DNA from: Bryobacterales bacterium
GTDB lineage: Bacteria; Acidobacteriota; Terriglobia; Bryobacterales; Bryobacteraceae
Length of the DNA stretch: 64,000 bases
NCBI GenBank assembly: GCA_963769205.1
Contig: CAVYKR010000004.1
Span: forward strand, 34,592 to 98,591
Direction of reading: 5' to 3'
Shown: piece after piece, positions 32,807-45,482 of the stretch
Position numbering within the stretch: position 1 is the first letter of the stretch
How the letters are laid out: each line of letters begins with the position of its first letter
Translations under genes and position numbers: made by a program
Notes under the pieces: model-generated
Database searches by the model: none
What the model saw: the letters and a program-made list of their open reading frames with translations, nothing else
What the model was told of the DNA's origin: nothing

Positions 32807-33967
32807 TTAAGCAAACCGCGCCGGACGAAACGGCCTCAGCAAATCCACCTCCGCGCCGTCCAAAATCTCCAGAGCGGCCGCTTGCCCGATCAACGGCGAG
32901 AGCGTGATTCCGCTGTGCATAGCCGTGATGTAAAGATTCCGGCAGCGCTCGGTGAAACCGACCACAGGATGACCATCCTGTGGCAGCACGCGATGACCCA
33001 GCGTAACCGTCTCCAGCTTGGCGCCTTTCAACTGGTCGAGAAATTTTCCGGCATTGTGCAGCAGCTTCATGCCGAACTCCTGGCTGGTATCGAAAGTCGC
33101 CGACGCCTCGAAGTCCGTGCCTGTAACGATTCGTCCGTCCGGGTTCTGCTTGATATTCGTGCCGGGAGCGAGTGCGATCCTATCCAGCATCCGCGGCTGC
33201 GGAGTAGTATGCGCCAGCAATCCAGGTGATTCCTTCAGCGGTACATTCACTCCCGCCAGCTTGGCCAGCCGCGGCGTATCCACGCCCGAAGCCAGCACCA
33301 GAAAATCCGCGGCAATCGGCCCGTTACTGGTCTCGACGCCGCGCACCCGATCGCCCGAAATCGAAATTCCCGTAACTTCGCACGGGTATTCCACCTTCGC
33401 GCCCGCCTGTTGAGCACGCTTGAGCAGCACACCCAGTGCATGCATTGGATCCACCGTCCCCTCAATTTCGCTGTAGCACGCCGCGCCGACTGGTCCGCTC
33501 GCAATCGATGGCAGCAGGCGGCGGATCTCGGCGTCGTCGATCATGTGCGCAGGATAGCCCCAGCGTTGATGCGCTCGCACTCTGTCCGCCAATTTTGCCC
33601 CGTCGGGGTTTCCCGGCTCGAACCATTGCACGCTGCCGCCCCACTGAATTTGCAGATCGCCCGCAAGCTCCACCGTCAGGCGCCGCCACCCGGCAATGCC
33701 CAGCAGATTCAGGTCGTAATATGGGCGCGGCTGCTTGGAGAACGTCGCATTGATCCAGGCGAACGATTTTTCCGTCGCACCATTTCCCGGACGCCGCTTT
33801 TCAAGAATCGTGACCTGCGCACCGCGTTTGGCGATATGATAGCCGATCGACGCGCCCATGATGCCTGCGCCGGCGATCACCACCCGATCTTTAGCGGCCG
33901 CCGCCCTGGCCGGTAGTCCGGTCACGATCGGCACCGAGAGAATCTTCAACAGTGTTCGCCTGTCCAT
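32807..33967 (-). CDS. FAD-dependent oxidoreductase (DAO family), Tat-signal
   Basis: It has a twin-arginine motif (MDRRTLLKIL...AAAAKD) and a GxGxxG dinucleotide-binding motif (VVIAGAGIMGASIGYHIAKRGAQVTILEK). Confidence 0.75.
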   Translation of the reverse strand: MDRRTLLKILSVPIVTGLPARAAAAKDRVVIAGAGIMGASIGYHIAKRGAQVTILEKRRPGNGATEKSFAWINATFSKQPRPYYDLNLLGIAGWRRLTVELAGDLQIQWGGSVQWFEPGNPDGAKLADRVRAHQRWGYPAHMIDDAEIRRLLPSIASGPVGAACYSEIEGTVDPMHALGVLLKRAQQAGAKVEYPCEVTGISISGDRVRGVETSNGPIAADFLVLASGVDTPRLAKLAGVNVPLKESPGLLAHTTPQPRMLDRIALAPGTNIKQNPDGRIVTGTDFEASATFDTSQEFGMKLLHNAGKFLDQLKGAKLETVTLGHRVLPQDGHPVVGFTERCRNLYITAMHSGITLSPLIGQAAALEILDGAEVDLLRPFRPARFA

Positions 33968-34102
33968 GCCCTTAATCATGACCCACAAATAACCCTTTCT
34001 GTTCGCATTTTATTCTCAATCCTTTCACAGCTCATCCCGAGGCTACCCACATCCAATGAGTGAAAGCAAAACGCAACAACTAAGAAATGGAGAACAAGAA
34101 AG

Positions 34103-34750
34103 ATGACTTACAAACTTGCTCAGCTGTTCGCAACCGCGCTCGCCCTCGGATGCGCATTTTCCACTGCCGCCCCCGCGGCGGCGCAGACCATCACGCCGCC
34201 AACCACTCCTTCCGCCATCACGCCGCCTCACGGAAACTCGGCGTTTTTGTTGGGCCACGGAGTGGGCACTCAAGGTTATGTGTGTCTCCCTAAAGGCAGC
34301 GGCGCTTCCTGGACCGTCAATAATGCCCGCCCCGAAGCTACCCTTTTTGGAAACTTCTTCGGACAGGAGATCCAGATCATTACCCACTTCCTCAGTCCCG
34401 ATACAAATCCCAACGAGTTCGCTCCTAACCCCGTACCCTTCGGTAGCGCAACGTGGCAGAGTTCGTTCGATAGCAGCATGGTCTGGGCCAGTGCCGTCGC
34501 GCCGATCGCCGCCGGCTCCGACTCGAGTTGTCCCAATACTGGCTCGATCAGCTGCCTTTTGCTGCAGTCCATCGGGTCGCAAAAGGGACCGACTGGCGGC
34601 AAGCTCATGACCCAAACCACCTTCATCCAACGCTTGAACACCAACGGGGGATCTGCCCCGAATGACGGCTGCTCCGTCACAGCCGACGTGGGCAAGCAAA
34701 CGCTGGTGCCGTACTCCGCCGACTACTACTTCTTTCGAAAGGACGAATAA
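34103..34750 (+). CDS. secreted protein of unknown function (DUF3455-like)
   Basis: It has a signal peptide (MTYKLAQLFATALALGCAFSTAAPAAAQ) and a GTQGYVC motif, and is Cys-containing. The family assignment is from memory only. Confidence 0.45.
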   Translation: MTYKLAQLFATALALGCAFSTAAPAAAQTITPPTTPSAITPPHGNSAFLLGHGVGTQGYVCLPKGSGASWTVNNARPEATLFGNFFGQEIQIITHFLSPDTNPNEFAPNPVPFGSATWQSSFDSSMVWASAVAPIAAGSDSSCPNTGSISCLLLQSIGSQKGPTGGKLMTQTTFIQRLNTNGGSAPNDGCSVTADVGKQTLVPYSADYYFFRKDE

Positions 34751-34823
34751 ACCCCTAACGCTAAGCCTGATATAATGCACTTGTCCGGAAGGCACTACGA
34801 ATCCCGGCTGATGGGAGGGTGAA

Positions 34824-37257
<2,434 letters not shown>

Positions 37258-37274
<17 letters not shown>

Positions 37275-38589
37275 GAAATCGTTGCCGAGGAGGACTCTGC
37301 TGCAGGGTCTCGGCACCACGATGGCACTGCCGTTTCTGGACGCTATGTTTGCGCCTTTCGCGCGCGCGTCTACCAAGCCCGTTAACAGATTCCAGGCATT
37401 CTATGTTCCCAATGGCATGGCGATGGAATATTGGGTGCCGAAAGGCGAAGGCAGCGCCTTCGAGCTGTCGCCGATCCTGGAGCCGCTGGCGGCGTTCCGA
37501 AATCAGATGCTGGTGCTGTCGGGCATCAAAGCCAACTGGAATTACATCCATGCAGGGGCCTCTGGATCGTTCCTTACGGGCACCACACACGGCGGCCGCA
37601 ACGAAGTCGAAATCATTGCCGACGTCTCCATGGATCAGCTGCTGGCCAGGCATTTCGCCAAGGAGACGCAAGTTGCATCGCTGGAACTTTCCATGGATGC
37701 CCCCGCCAACGCGGGCGCTTGCACGGGCAATCTGAGCTGCGTATACACTCATACGCTGTCTTGGCGCAGCCCCACGCAGCCGCTGCCGATGGAATGGAAT
37801 CCGCGAGCCGTTTTCGAAAAGCTGTTCGGAGACAGCGGCAGCACGGACCATGCCGCCCGCGAAGCGAGATTGCAGCAGCACAAGAGCATTCTGGACTCGG
37901 TGACGGCGAAGCTGACGGACTTGAAGCGGGAGCTTGGTCCGCAGGACCAGGTTAAAGTGGACGAATACGCCGAGGCGATTCGCGATGTCGAGCGCCGCAT
38001 CCAGAGAGCCGAGGAACAGAGCGACATCGAACTGCCCTCGATGGAGCAGCCGCAAGGCGCGCCGCCGGTCTTCGAAGATCATCTGGCGCTGATGCTGGAC
38101 CTGCAGTTGCTGGCATTCCAATCGGATCTCACGCGAGTGATCTCGTTCATGATCGGCAAGGAGCAGAGCGCCCGGCCCTATCCGCAGATCGGCGTGCCCG
38201 AGGCCCATCATCCGCTCTCGCACCATAACGACATGCCGGAGTTGATCGCGCACATGTCGAAGATCAATCGGTATCACACCCAGTTGTTCTCGCAATATCT
38301 GACGAAGCTGCGCGCCACGCCCGACGGCGACGGCTCGCTGCTGGATCATATGACCATCCTTTATGGATCCGGGATTTCCAACAGCACCCGGCACTCCGGA
38401 GAGAACCTGCCGTTGCTGGTGCTGGGCGGCGCGGGCGGACGGCTCAAAGGCGGCCGTCATATCACTTACTCCGACAAGCCCACCATGGCGAATCTGCTGG
38501 TGACCTTGATGGACAAGCTGGACGTGCCGGTGGAGCATCTGGGCGGCAGCACGGGCCGGCTTCCACTCGACACGCTGCCGGGAGTCTAA
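37258..38589 (+). CDS. DUF1501 family protein (intact), Tat-type signal
   Basis: It starts MTFLTKKSLPRRTLLQGLGTTMALPFL and has the sulfatase-like DUF1501 fold. It overlaps the upstream DUF1592 gene by ~17 nt, consistent with an operon. Confidence 0.85.
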
Positions 38590-38598
38590 TAAGGAACG

Positions 38599-40470
38599 AT
38601 GGCGATGACAGCGGTTGCGCGATACCTCATCTTTGCGGGGCTCGCCGTGTTTGTTATGCGAGCCGACGTGGACGTCAACGCAACGGAGCCCGACGGGTCG
38701 ACAGCGCTGCATCGGGCCAGTTACCGGGATGATCTGGAAGGCGCCGACCGGCTGATTCGCGCCGGCGCGAACGTGAACGCGGCCAACGATCTCGGCGTGA
38801 CACCGCTCTGGTCGGCCAGTCAAAACGGAAGCGTAGCGATGGTGAAGAGACTGCTGGATGCGGGCGCCAATCCGAACCTGGCGCTGCTGGCCGGCGAGAC
38901 GCCCGTGATGGTGGCCGCACGCTCGGGGTATCCCGACATCGTAGAAATGCTGCTCGCCAAGAAAGCCAACCCCAACGCCCACGGCACACGCGGCCAGACG
39001 GCGCTCATGTGGGCGGTGGCGGAGAAGCACCCCGAAGTAGTGAAGGTGCTGCTCGCACACGGCGTGGACATCCAGGCTCGCTCGGATGTCTGGACCGATG
39101 TGATGGCCGTGCCTCCGCACAGCATTCTGGCCTATAACAAGGCCATTCCGCATGGCGGCGAGACCGCATTGATGTTCGCCGCGCGCGTGGGCGATCTGGA
39201 ATCGGCGAAGCTTCTGGTGGCGGCCGGCGGCAATGTGAACGACGCGGACGCGTGGGGTGTCAGCGCAACAGTGCTGGCGGTTCATGCCGGCTACCGGGAC
39301 TTGGCGCTCTTCCTGCTCGACAAAGGCGCTGACCCGAACCTGGCCGCGGCAGGATTTACAGCACTGCACGAAGCGATCATGCGCCGCGATGAAAAGCTGG
39401 TGACCGCGCTGCTGGATCACGGAGCTGATGCCAACGCTCCGCTGCGCACCTGGACGCCGACACGGCGCTCGTCGAAGGACTACCATTTTGATCCCGCCAT
39501 CGTGGGGGCGACTCCTTTCTGGCTGGCTGCCCGTTTCGTTCAACCCAACGTTATGCGCCTGCTGGTGAAACATGGCGCAGATCCTTTATTCGTTCTACAT
39601 TCCGACTACATCGCAGAGGCCCGCTTGCAACACCGCGTGGAAGCGACGACGGCGGCGATGGCAGCCACCGGCATGGGCGGCGGCACGCCCTGGGTTCAAC
39701 CGGCCCGCTCGGAACGCGAAGCTCTCACGCTGGAAGCTGTGAAGCTGTCGGCCGAGCTGGGCGTCGATCTGAATGCCGCTAACAAGGACGGCCGCACCGC
39801 GCTGGACGCGGCCAAGACGCTGAAATACGACAGCGTGGTTAAGTTTCTAGTCGAAAAGGGCGTGAAATCCGGGCAAGCCCGGTGTTCAGGAAGCCGAACA
39901 GACCTCGCCCAAGTATCCCCCGCCGCCGCAGTAACTCACATCCTGAATCTGCATCAGGATTCCGTCGGGATCGGTGAAATAAAGTTCCGGCGTACCGCCT
40001 TTGGCTCCGCCGCGATTCTCCATCCGCATACTCACGTAGGACACCAGCGGACCGGGCGGCCCGGACGCGTCGCCTCTGGGCTTGATTCCGTAATCGGCCA
40101 GGGCCTTCAGCACTTTGTCAGGGTTGAAGCCCTCCATCGTGAAGCAGCCGTGCGCAATGTTGGAGACGCGCGCTTGCGCGCCATTCACTCCGCCGATAGC
40201 AATGAACTGGCGCTTCGAACCGATCCCGAGCAGAGTCGTCACGCCCTGTTGGGCTTGAACCGGCATGCCGAAGAGGTCCTGATAAAAGGCGACCGAGCGC
40301 TCGCGATTGGAAACGCCCAGGGTGAAGTGGCTGAGATCCTGGAGCGCGATGAGGCCCTTGGTGGGCGCGGGCTCAATCGGCTTACACATGCTGCCGAGCG
40401 GGCCGGCCCCGCCACAATAGGTGACATCTTGAAGCTGAACGTTGATGCCGTCAGGGTCGCCGACATATAG
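38599..40470 (+). CDS. ankyrin-repeat protein; ORF probably over-extended at the 3' end
   Basis: There are about 9 ANK repeats (TALHRAS...GADVNA..) through ~39850. The rest of the ORF is antisense to the well-supported VOC gene 39886-40911 and looks like stop-less GC-rich read-through or a lost stop. Confidence 0.6.
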   Translation: MAMTAVARYLIFAGLAVFVMRADVDVNATEPDGSTALHRASYRDDLEGADRLIRAGANVNAANDLGVTPLWSASQNGSVAMVKRLLDAGANPNLALLAGETPVMVAARSGYPDIVEMLLAKKANPNAHGTRGQTALMWAVAEKHPEVVKVLLAHGVDIQARSDVWTDVMAVPPHSILAYNKAIPHGGETALMFAARVGDLESAKLLVAAGGNVNDADAWGVSATVLAVHAGYRDLALFLLDKGADPNLAAAGFTALHEAIMRRDEKLVTALLDHGADANAPLRTWTPTRRSSKDYHFDPAIVGATPFWLAARFVQPNVMRLLVKHGADPLFVLHSDYIAEARLQHRVEATTAAMAATGMGGGTPWVQPARSEREALTLEAVKLSAELGVDLNAANKDGRTALDAAKTLKYDSVVKFLVEKGVKSGQARCSGSRTDLAQVSPAAAVTHILNLHQDSVGIGEIKFRRTAFGSAAILHPHTHVGHQRTGRPGRVASGLDSVIGQGLQHFVRVEALHREAAVRNVGDARLRAIHSADSNELALRTDPEQSRHALLGLNRHAEEVLIKGDRALAIGNAQGEVAEILERDEALGGRGLNRLTHAAERAGPATIGDILKLNVDAVRVADI

Positions 40471-40911
40471 TTCGGGCGCGCCTTCAGCGCCTCCGCCCGC
40501 ATTAGCGCCGCGCGTCCTCACCCAGGTTTTGAGAGGGCCCGGGCTGCCTTTGGCCACGCCATGATCGATAAGAGCCTGCGTGATTCCGTCGACACTGAAA
40601 TTCTGGACAGTCATGCAGAAGTGCGCGATGCCCGGCTTGGCGTTGGGGCCGCCTTGCGACAAGCTGATGTATTGGAGACCGGGACCAATGCGGAGGCCTG
40701 TAGACACGTCCTGGCGATGTTGAACCGGCAGCCCGAACAAGCCCTGATAAAAATCCACCGAGCGCTGGCGGTCGGAAACCGTAAGCGTCATGTGGCTGAG
40801 CGAACGCACCCGGATGGGCGTCTTGCCCGATTGCGCGCCTGCTGCGCGGGGCAGGGCCAGGGCGGGAAGCGCGGAGAGAAGCTGTCGGCGGGTGAATTGA
40901 TATTCGCTCAT
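39886..40911 (-). CDS. Tat-secreted tandem VOC/glyoxalase-domain protein
   Basis: It has a Tat signal (TRRQLLSALPALALPRAAGAQ) and two repeats of HMTLTVSD...FYQGLFG / HFTLGVSN...FYQDLFG with GDPDGI motifs. Confidence 0.75.
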   Translation of the reverse strand: MSEYQFTRRQLLSALPALALPRAAGAQSGKTPIRVRSLSHMTLTVSDRQRSVDFYQGLFGLPVQHRQDVSTGLRIGPGLQYISLSQGGPNAKPGIAHFCMTVQNFSVDGITQALIDHGVAKGSPGPLKTWVRTRGANAGGGAEGAPELYVGDPDGINVQLQDVTYCGGAGPLGSMCKPIEPAPTKGLIALQDLSHFTLGVSNRERSVAFYQDLFGMPVQAQQGVTTLLGIGSKRQFIAIGGVNGAQARVSNIAHGCFTMEGFNPDKVLKALADYGIKPRGDASGPPGPLVSYVSMRMENRGGAKGGTPELYFTDPDGILMQIQDVSYCGGGGYLGEVCSAS

Positions 40912-41875
40912 TTGTCTTCGGCCCGAGCGCCGGCGAGTGTGCCCAGCATCGGAAGATTCCCTTCATGACAAGCGAACTCATAGAGCTTGTCCTTAGTCTG
41001 GTTGAGGCGAACCTGGACGGTCCACGGCCGGGTCCAGGTGGTGGGGTCGTCAATCGTAACTTCGTAGTTAATGACGTCAGGGGCGATGCGGGTGAAGCGT
41101 TCGACCAGATGCAGATTCTCGGCGGCGCCCATAAAACTGGCCTTTCCGAAAAGTTGGTGGTATCCACGACCAGGGTCTTTCCTTCCCAATGCCCGCGCGA
41201 GTCGCCGTTCCAGGAGCGAATTTGCGGCGGCAGGTGCGGGCTGCCATCGAGGGGAAATATCCGGGCGTCGTGGAATGCCTCCATAAAGAAGATGACGTAA
41301 CCGCGAGACTGCATGATCTGGTAATAGCCGTCGTTACCGGCGCCAAAGCGTCCGCCGATGCGCGGAACGCCGGGCGTGATGCAGCGCATGTAACTGCTCA
41401 AATCCCGCGGACTGGCGGGCGGGCGCTGGAAGGTGACGGCTGCGATAGCCGCGGCCTGCCGACGCTTTCCGTCGGGAGTGAAGGGAGGGATCTTTCCATC
41501 CGGCGGATCGATGATGAGAGAAGTTCTGTTATCGAAAACGCGGTCCACCATTTCGGTGGAGCTGGAAGTGGTGGCGGGGTTCTTGTATTGTCCGACGTCC
41601 CTCAAAGCGGCCAGGAAGAAATTATCTCCGCCGGCGAAATCGCTATAGCCGTTTTTGAAAAGCCGGTCGGCCCGCTGCTTGAGCTGGGCGACTTCGGCGT
41701 CAGTGAGAAACTGGCGGCCTTCTAATTCCTTGGGGCGTTCCAGAGGGGTAGCGCTGTTGTCGAGCCAGGTGCCGCGCAGGTCGGGCTGTCCATCGGGAGT
41801 GAGGGCAGACTGCGCGGCGAGAGAGGCGACAGCCATCGCCAGGCCTGCTAGTGACGCTGGAAAGCGCGGTGTCAT
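40908..41875 (-). CDS. secreted protein of unknown function, paralog B, one frameshift
   Basis: It has a signal peptide (MTPRFPASLAGLAMAVASLAAQS) and shares sequence with paralog A (PDLRGTWLDNSATPLERPK; LIIDPPDGKIPP). The C-terminus (NLHLVERFTRI...YEFACHEGN) is in ORF 40908-41189 after a shift near 41195. Confidence 0.55.
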
Positions 41876-42880
41876 TTCTTGTTCGAACCCGCGTCAGCTT
41901 TGCGAGCGCCGCCCAGAATGTCGCTCATTGCGTAGTTCCCCTCATGGCAGGCGTATTCAAAGACCGGACCCGACGCGGAGCGGAATGGATATTCGACCGT
42001 CCAGATTTTGGTGAAGGTGGAGGGATCGTCGATGGTGGCGCGGTAGAGGATGGTATTGGCGTCGATACGCTTAAAGCGCTCGGTGACATGCAGGTCCGGG
42101 AGACGCTCCTTCGAAGCGGGTCTGATCGGTGAAATTGGTGGTATCGACCACCAGCGTGTCGTCTTCCCAATGACCGACGGAATCACCGAGCCATTGGCGA
42201 ACATTGGGCGGCGCGTGCTCGGCGTTCATGCGGATGATGCGCACATCGTGGACCATCTCCACCAAAATCATAATCGCGCCGGGGGTCTGGACGATCTGGT
42301 AGTTGTTGTTGTAGAGCACCGGAAGCATGGGCGGACCGGAAGTGGAACCGAACCCGACCAGGCAGCGCTCGGACAGCGGCCGATCCTTGACCTTGTTGAA
42401 GGTGATGTAGCTCTGGAATGTTTCGGCATTCCTTTTCTTGGCGTCGCGCGTGGTGGGAGGCATTTTTCCATCGGGCGGATCGATGATGAGCGAGGTTCGC
42501 TTGACTCCATCCACGCGGGCCAGTTCGGATCCGCGGTCGATGAACAGGATGTTATAACCGCCGGTGCCGTTGGAGCCCGCGGCGGCCAACAGCGGGCTTT
42601 CCGATTTGCCATCGACGTCCTGCAGCTCCTTAGCGGCGTTCTTTTCAAACTCAGCAGCTTCGGCGTCGGTGAGGGTGGCTTTTCCGGCCAGCGCCTTGGG
42701 GCGCTCGAGCGGGGTGATAGTTGCATTGGTCCAGACACCCTGGAGATCGGGATGGCCATCGGCGGTTCGAAGCGATTTGGCGGACTTGGACGGGGCGGCG
42801 CTTCCCTTGTTCTGACCGGCGGCCGGGAGCGCGATCAACATGGCCAGGGCGGCAACAATCGGGAGAAATCGAGAGCTCAT
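41872..42880 (-). CDS. secreted protein of unknown function, paralog A, one frameshift
   Basis: The start is MSSRFLPIVAALAMLIALPAAGQ. The C-terminus (DLHVTERFKRI...FEYACHEGNY) is in ORF 41872-42204. It is a tandem duplicate of 40908-41875. Confidence 0.55.
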
Positions 42881-42968
42881 TGCACTCCTCTTCCTGTTGC
42901 TAGCAATTCTACCGCTGACGGCAGGGGCGCGGTTGCGAGGCCTGGTAACAAGCACTATAATCCGATCC

Positions 42969-43247
42969 ATGATCAAAACTCGAGTTGTTGCTGCTGCTCT
43001 TGGTTCCCTGCTCCTAATTGGAGGCGTGGCGGTCGCGCAGAGGCCCAAGGATAACGTGAACCCCGGCCGCCATCCGAACCTGGCCGCCGCGCAACGGTTG
43101 AGCCGGAATGCCTGGGAGAAGATCGTAGCCGCTCAGGAAGCCAATGAATGGGACTTGCAGGGTCACGCTCAAAAAGCCAAGAATCTGCTGGATGAAGTCA
43201 ACAACGAGCTGAAGCTGGCGGCAGAAGCGTCGAACCGGAGGAAATAG
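42969..43247 (+). CDS. small secreted protein (about 92 aa) of unknown function
   Basis: It has a signal peptide (MIKTRVVAAALGSLLLIGGVAVAQ) and a helical Lys/Glu-rich mature part. The coding signal is weak. Confidence 0.4.
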   Translation: MIKTRVVAAALGSLLLIGGVAVAQRPKDNVNPGRHPNLAAAQRLSRNAWEKIVAAQEANEWDLQGHAQKAKNLLDEVNNELKLAAEASNRRK

Positions 43248-43268
43248 CAGCGGCGCGAGCTGGTTTAC

Positions 43269-44006
43269 TCAAGCGGTGGCATAAAAATCTCGAGTCTCGG
43301 CACGGTCGCTACGTTCGTGGCGGCGGATGAAGGCCTCGATTTCAGCATTCGAAAAAACGAAGCCATCCTCGGCAGGTAGATAGGGGATGTGATCGGCCTT
43401 GTGCATCTTCAAAATCTTGGCGGCTTTGTGAAGTTGAGCTTCCTCATTGGCGCGGCGCTCGGCTTGGATCTGGCGGAGCTGATTTAGAGTTCGTTCGAAC
43501 TGGCGGGTGAGGCGCTGCCGATAAATGCTGATGTTGGCGAAGGCCCGGTCGTTTTCGCGATAGGTTAAGGCCATGGCGAGGGCGTCTTCGGCCTGGGGAT
43601 GGGTGGCGCGGATGCGGTCGTGGGCTTCGGTGATGCCGAGCGCGAAAAGGTTGGTCTCGACGGCGGAGGCGCGGTTGAGCTGCCAGGAAGTATCGAGGAG
43701 GGACTGGACGAGCTGAGTCTCGACGGCGCCTTTTGGCCGGCATTCATCGAGGAAAGATTGGGAGTGGCGCTGGTAAGCGGAGAGGTCCTCGGTGGGCAGG
43801 ACGATGGTATGGCCAGTTAATCCGTGACGCAAAGCATTCAGCTTGGAGCGCTGTTTACCGGCGTCGGAACGGGGGCCGGTGGATTTTTGGGCATTGGCTT
43901 TATTCACGGCGGCGCGGAGGGTGGCGGCTGCGGGGTCGTGGATATTGGGGCGGAATGCGGCATGGCTGGTTTTTGAATCGGGCATATCGGTTTTTGAAGC
44001 GGGCAT
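43269..44006 (-). CDS. hypothetical protein
   Basis: The start MPASKTDMPDSKTS is preceded by GGAGAAATCGAT. A conserved-looking core runs LNALRHGLTGHTIVLPTEDLSAYQRH. The alternative upstream start at 44417 would add a Pro/Ser-rich low-complexity N-terminus. Confidence 0.5.
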   Translation of the reverse strand: MPASKTDMPDSKTSHAAFRPNIHDPAAATLRAAVNKANAQKSTGPRSDAGKQRSKLNALRHGLTGHTIVLPTEDLSAYQRHSQSFLDECRPKGAVETQLVQSLLDTSWQLNRASAVETNLFALGITEAHDRIRATHPQAEDALAMALTYRENDRAFANISIYRQRLTRQFERTLNQLRQIQAERRANEEAQLHKAAKILKMHKADHIPYLPAEDGFVFSNAEIEAFIRRHERSDRAETRDFYATA

Positions 44007-44012
44007 ATCGAT
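43971..44012. repeat. imperfect tandem 21-nt duplication at the 5' end of hypothetical gene
   Basis: The units are tttttgaatcgggcatatcgg / tttttgaagcgggcatatcga. They encode MPASKTD / MPDSKTS. Confidence 0.7.
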
Positions 44013-44049
44013 TTCTCCTACCTCGGGTTTAGCATGCGGGTTTGGGGCG

Positions 44050-44215
44050 CGGCGGGGCGGAAGCTGGGAAGTTGGTGAGGGGGAAGAGAAGAAAGAGGGT
44101 GAAGTGGTGTGATTGGGTTGAGGGAAGACGGAGAAAGTTGGTGGGGGCGGATGGGGTGGGCTGGGTTGCTGGGGTTGTTTGAAGCCGGTCGGGGGGACCT
44201 TGAGGGGGAGGGCCG
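44050..44215. repeat. about 165-nt polypurine (G/A-rich, C-poor) tract
   Basis: The plus strand is almost devoid of C (gggggaagagaagaaagagggtgaagtgg...gggggagggcc). On the minus strand it is a polypyrimidine stretch just upstream of gene 43269-44006. Confidence 0.6.
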
Positions 44216-44536
44216 TGATGGTGGCACTGCGCTCTTGTGGTTTGCGATGCCCGGTCCCTAGCGCGTTTCCCGTTAGGAGATTCAGCTGTTTGATTCTTTC
44301 CCAGGACCGGCGTGAACACACCTGGGACAGTGTTTCCGAAATTGGCAGACCCTCGGCGAGACCTCGCTCCAAAAGCATTCCCAACCTACTTGACGTGCGC
44401 CCCGTCGGCCGCCGCACCCGGTGTTGCCGGATGGTGTTGCCGATAGGTCAACGCCCCGCCGAAACACGCCGGGCCGGCGCTAGCCAATCGTAACCGCCCC
44501 TCTCAAGGTCGGCGTGGAGATTCTGTGTTGAACCGA

Positions 44537-45482
44537 TTAATTCAGCTTCAGAGTGAGGCCGAGAACCAACGTGTTGCCCTTTAAGAGGTTCGTCACCTCG
44601 AATTCATTCACCCAGCGGAGTTGAACAATCACGCCGGGCTTCTCTAATTTCGCAACGTAAAGCACGATCGGGCCGACGCCCCAGGCCCGGCCTTCGAAGC
44701 CATGCAGTACACTGGCTACGGGTCCCGTATCGTTTGTGATCTGTGTGAGGTTGGAACCGATCGCACCGAACCCGACCCTCTTGGAAAAATATCGTATGAC
44801 CATGCCATCCCAATGAAACATGGTGCCACTGGTGTACTTGGTGGTGAGATTCTGGCTATAGATATCAAAGCCCACGAAATTGTCGAATTCAAGGCCGCGC
44901 TTCTCCCACAGGTAGGTGTGCGCGACATTCGGCATGATGGTCCACTCGCCCATGCCCAGGTTCGAAAGGTTGCCCGGCCTGAATTGTCCAGTCGGGGCGA
45001 AGATCAAGGTACTGATTGCAAGATTATTGCTGTCGCTGAAATGTATACCGGCCGTTAGCGGCACAATAACAACGTCGCCGATGCCAGCATTTGAAGAGCT
45101 CGTGCTTCGCGAGAAGTTATTAAACTGGAGGGAACCGTTGGAGCCTACCCAATTGACAACTCCCATAAACGACGACGCGAAGCTCACCTTTGGAGTCTCA
45201 GTCTTGTAAACGTACTGGGGCACCAGGTAGTTGCTGTTGATGTTGGCATCGACGTTTGTAAAGATCGAGCCCCCGATTGGAACTAGGCGGCTTCCCCCGA
45301 TAGTAACCGATAGGCATCATGGTGAAGCTAAACCCCGCCGCCGGCCCTACCACGGCGCCCTGAGGCTGTATCCAAACGCCTGGCAGAGTTCGGCCGAGGC
45401 CGCCCTCGACAGCCACAGCCGGCACAGCGGCTACAGCAAGTGCGATTCCGCTGAGCACATGTCTCATTATATTGACCATCAC
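44537..45482 (-). CDS. outer-membrane beta-barrel protein of the MetA-pathway/phenol-degradation-like transporter family; N-terminus frameshifted
   Basis: The signal peptide is in ORF 45198-45482 (MMVNIMRHVLSGIALAVAAVPAVA) and the barrel body in 44537-45223. GC is lower than the flanks. Confidence 0.5.

Noticed and set aside
44007-44417. Pro/Ser-rich N-terminal extension of hypothetical gene (start at 44417)
   Set aside because: The downstream ATG at 44006 has a GGAG RBS at the right spacing. The extension is pure low-complexity sequence encoded by the polypurine tract, so I judged it more likely UTR than coding. It is kept as an alternative in the features.
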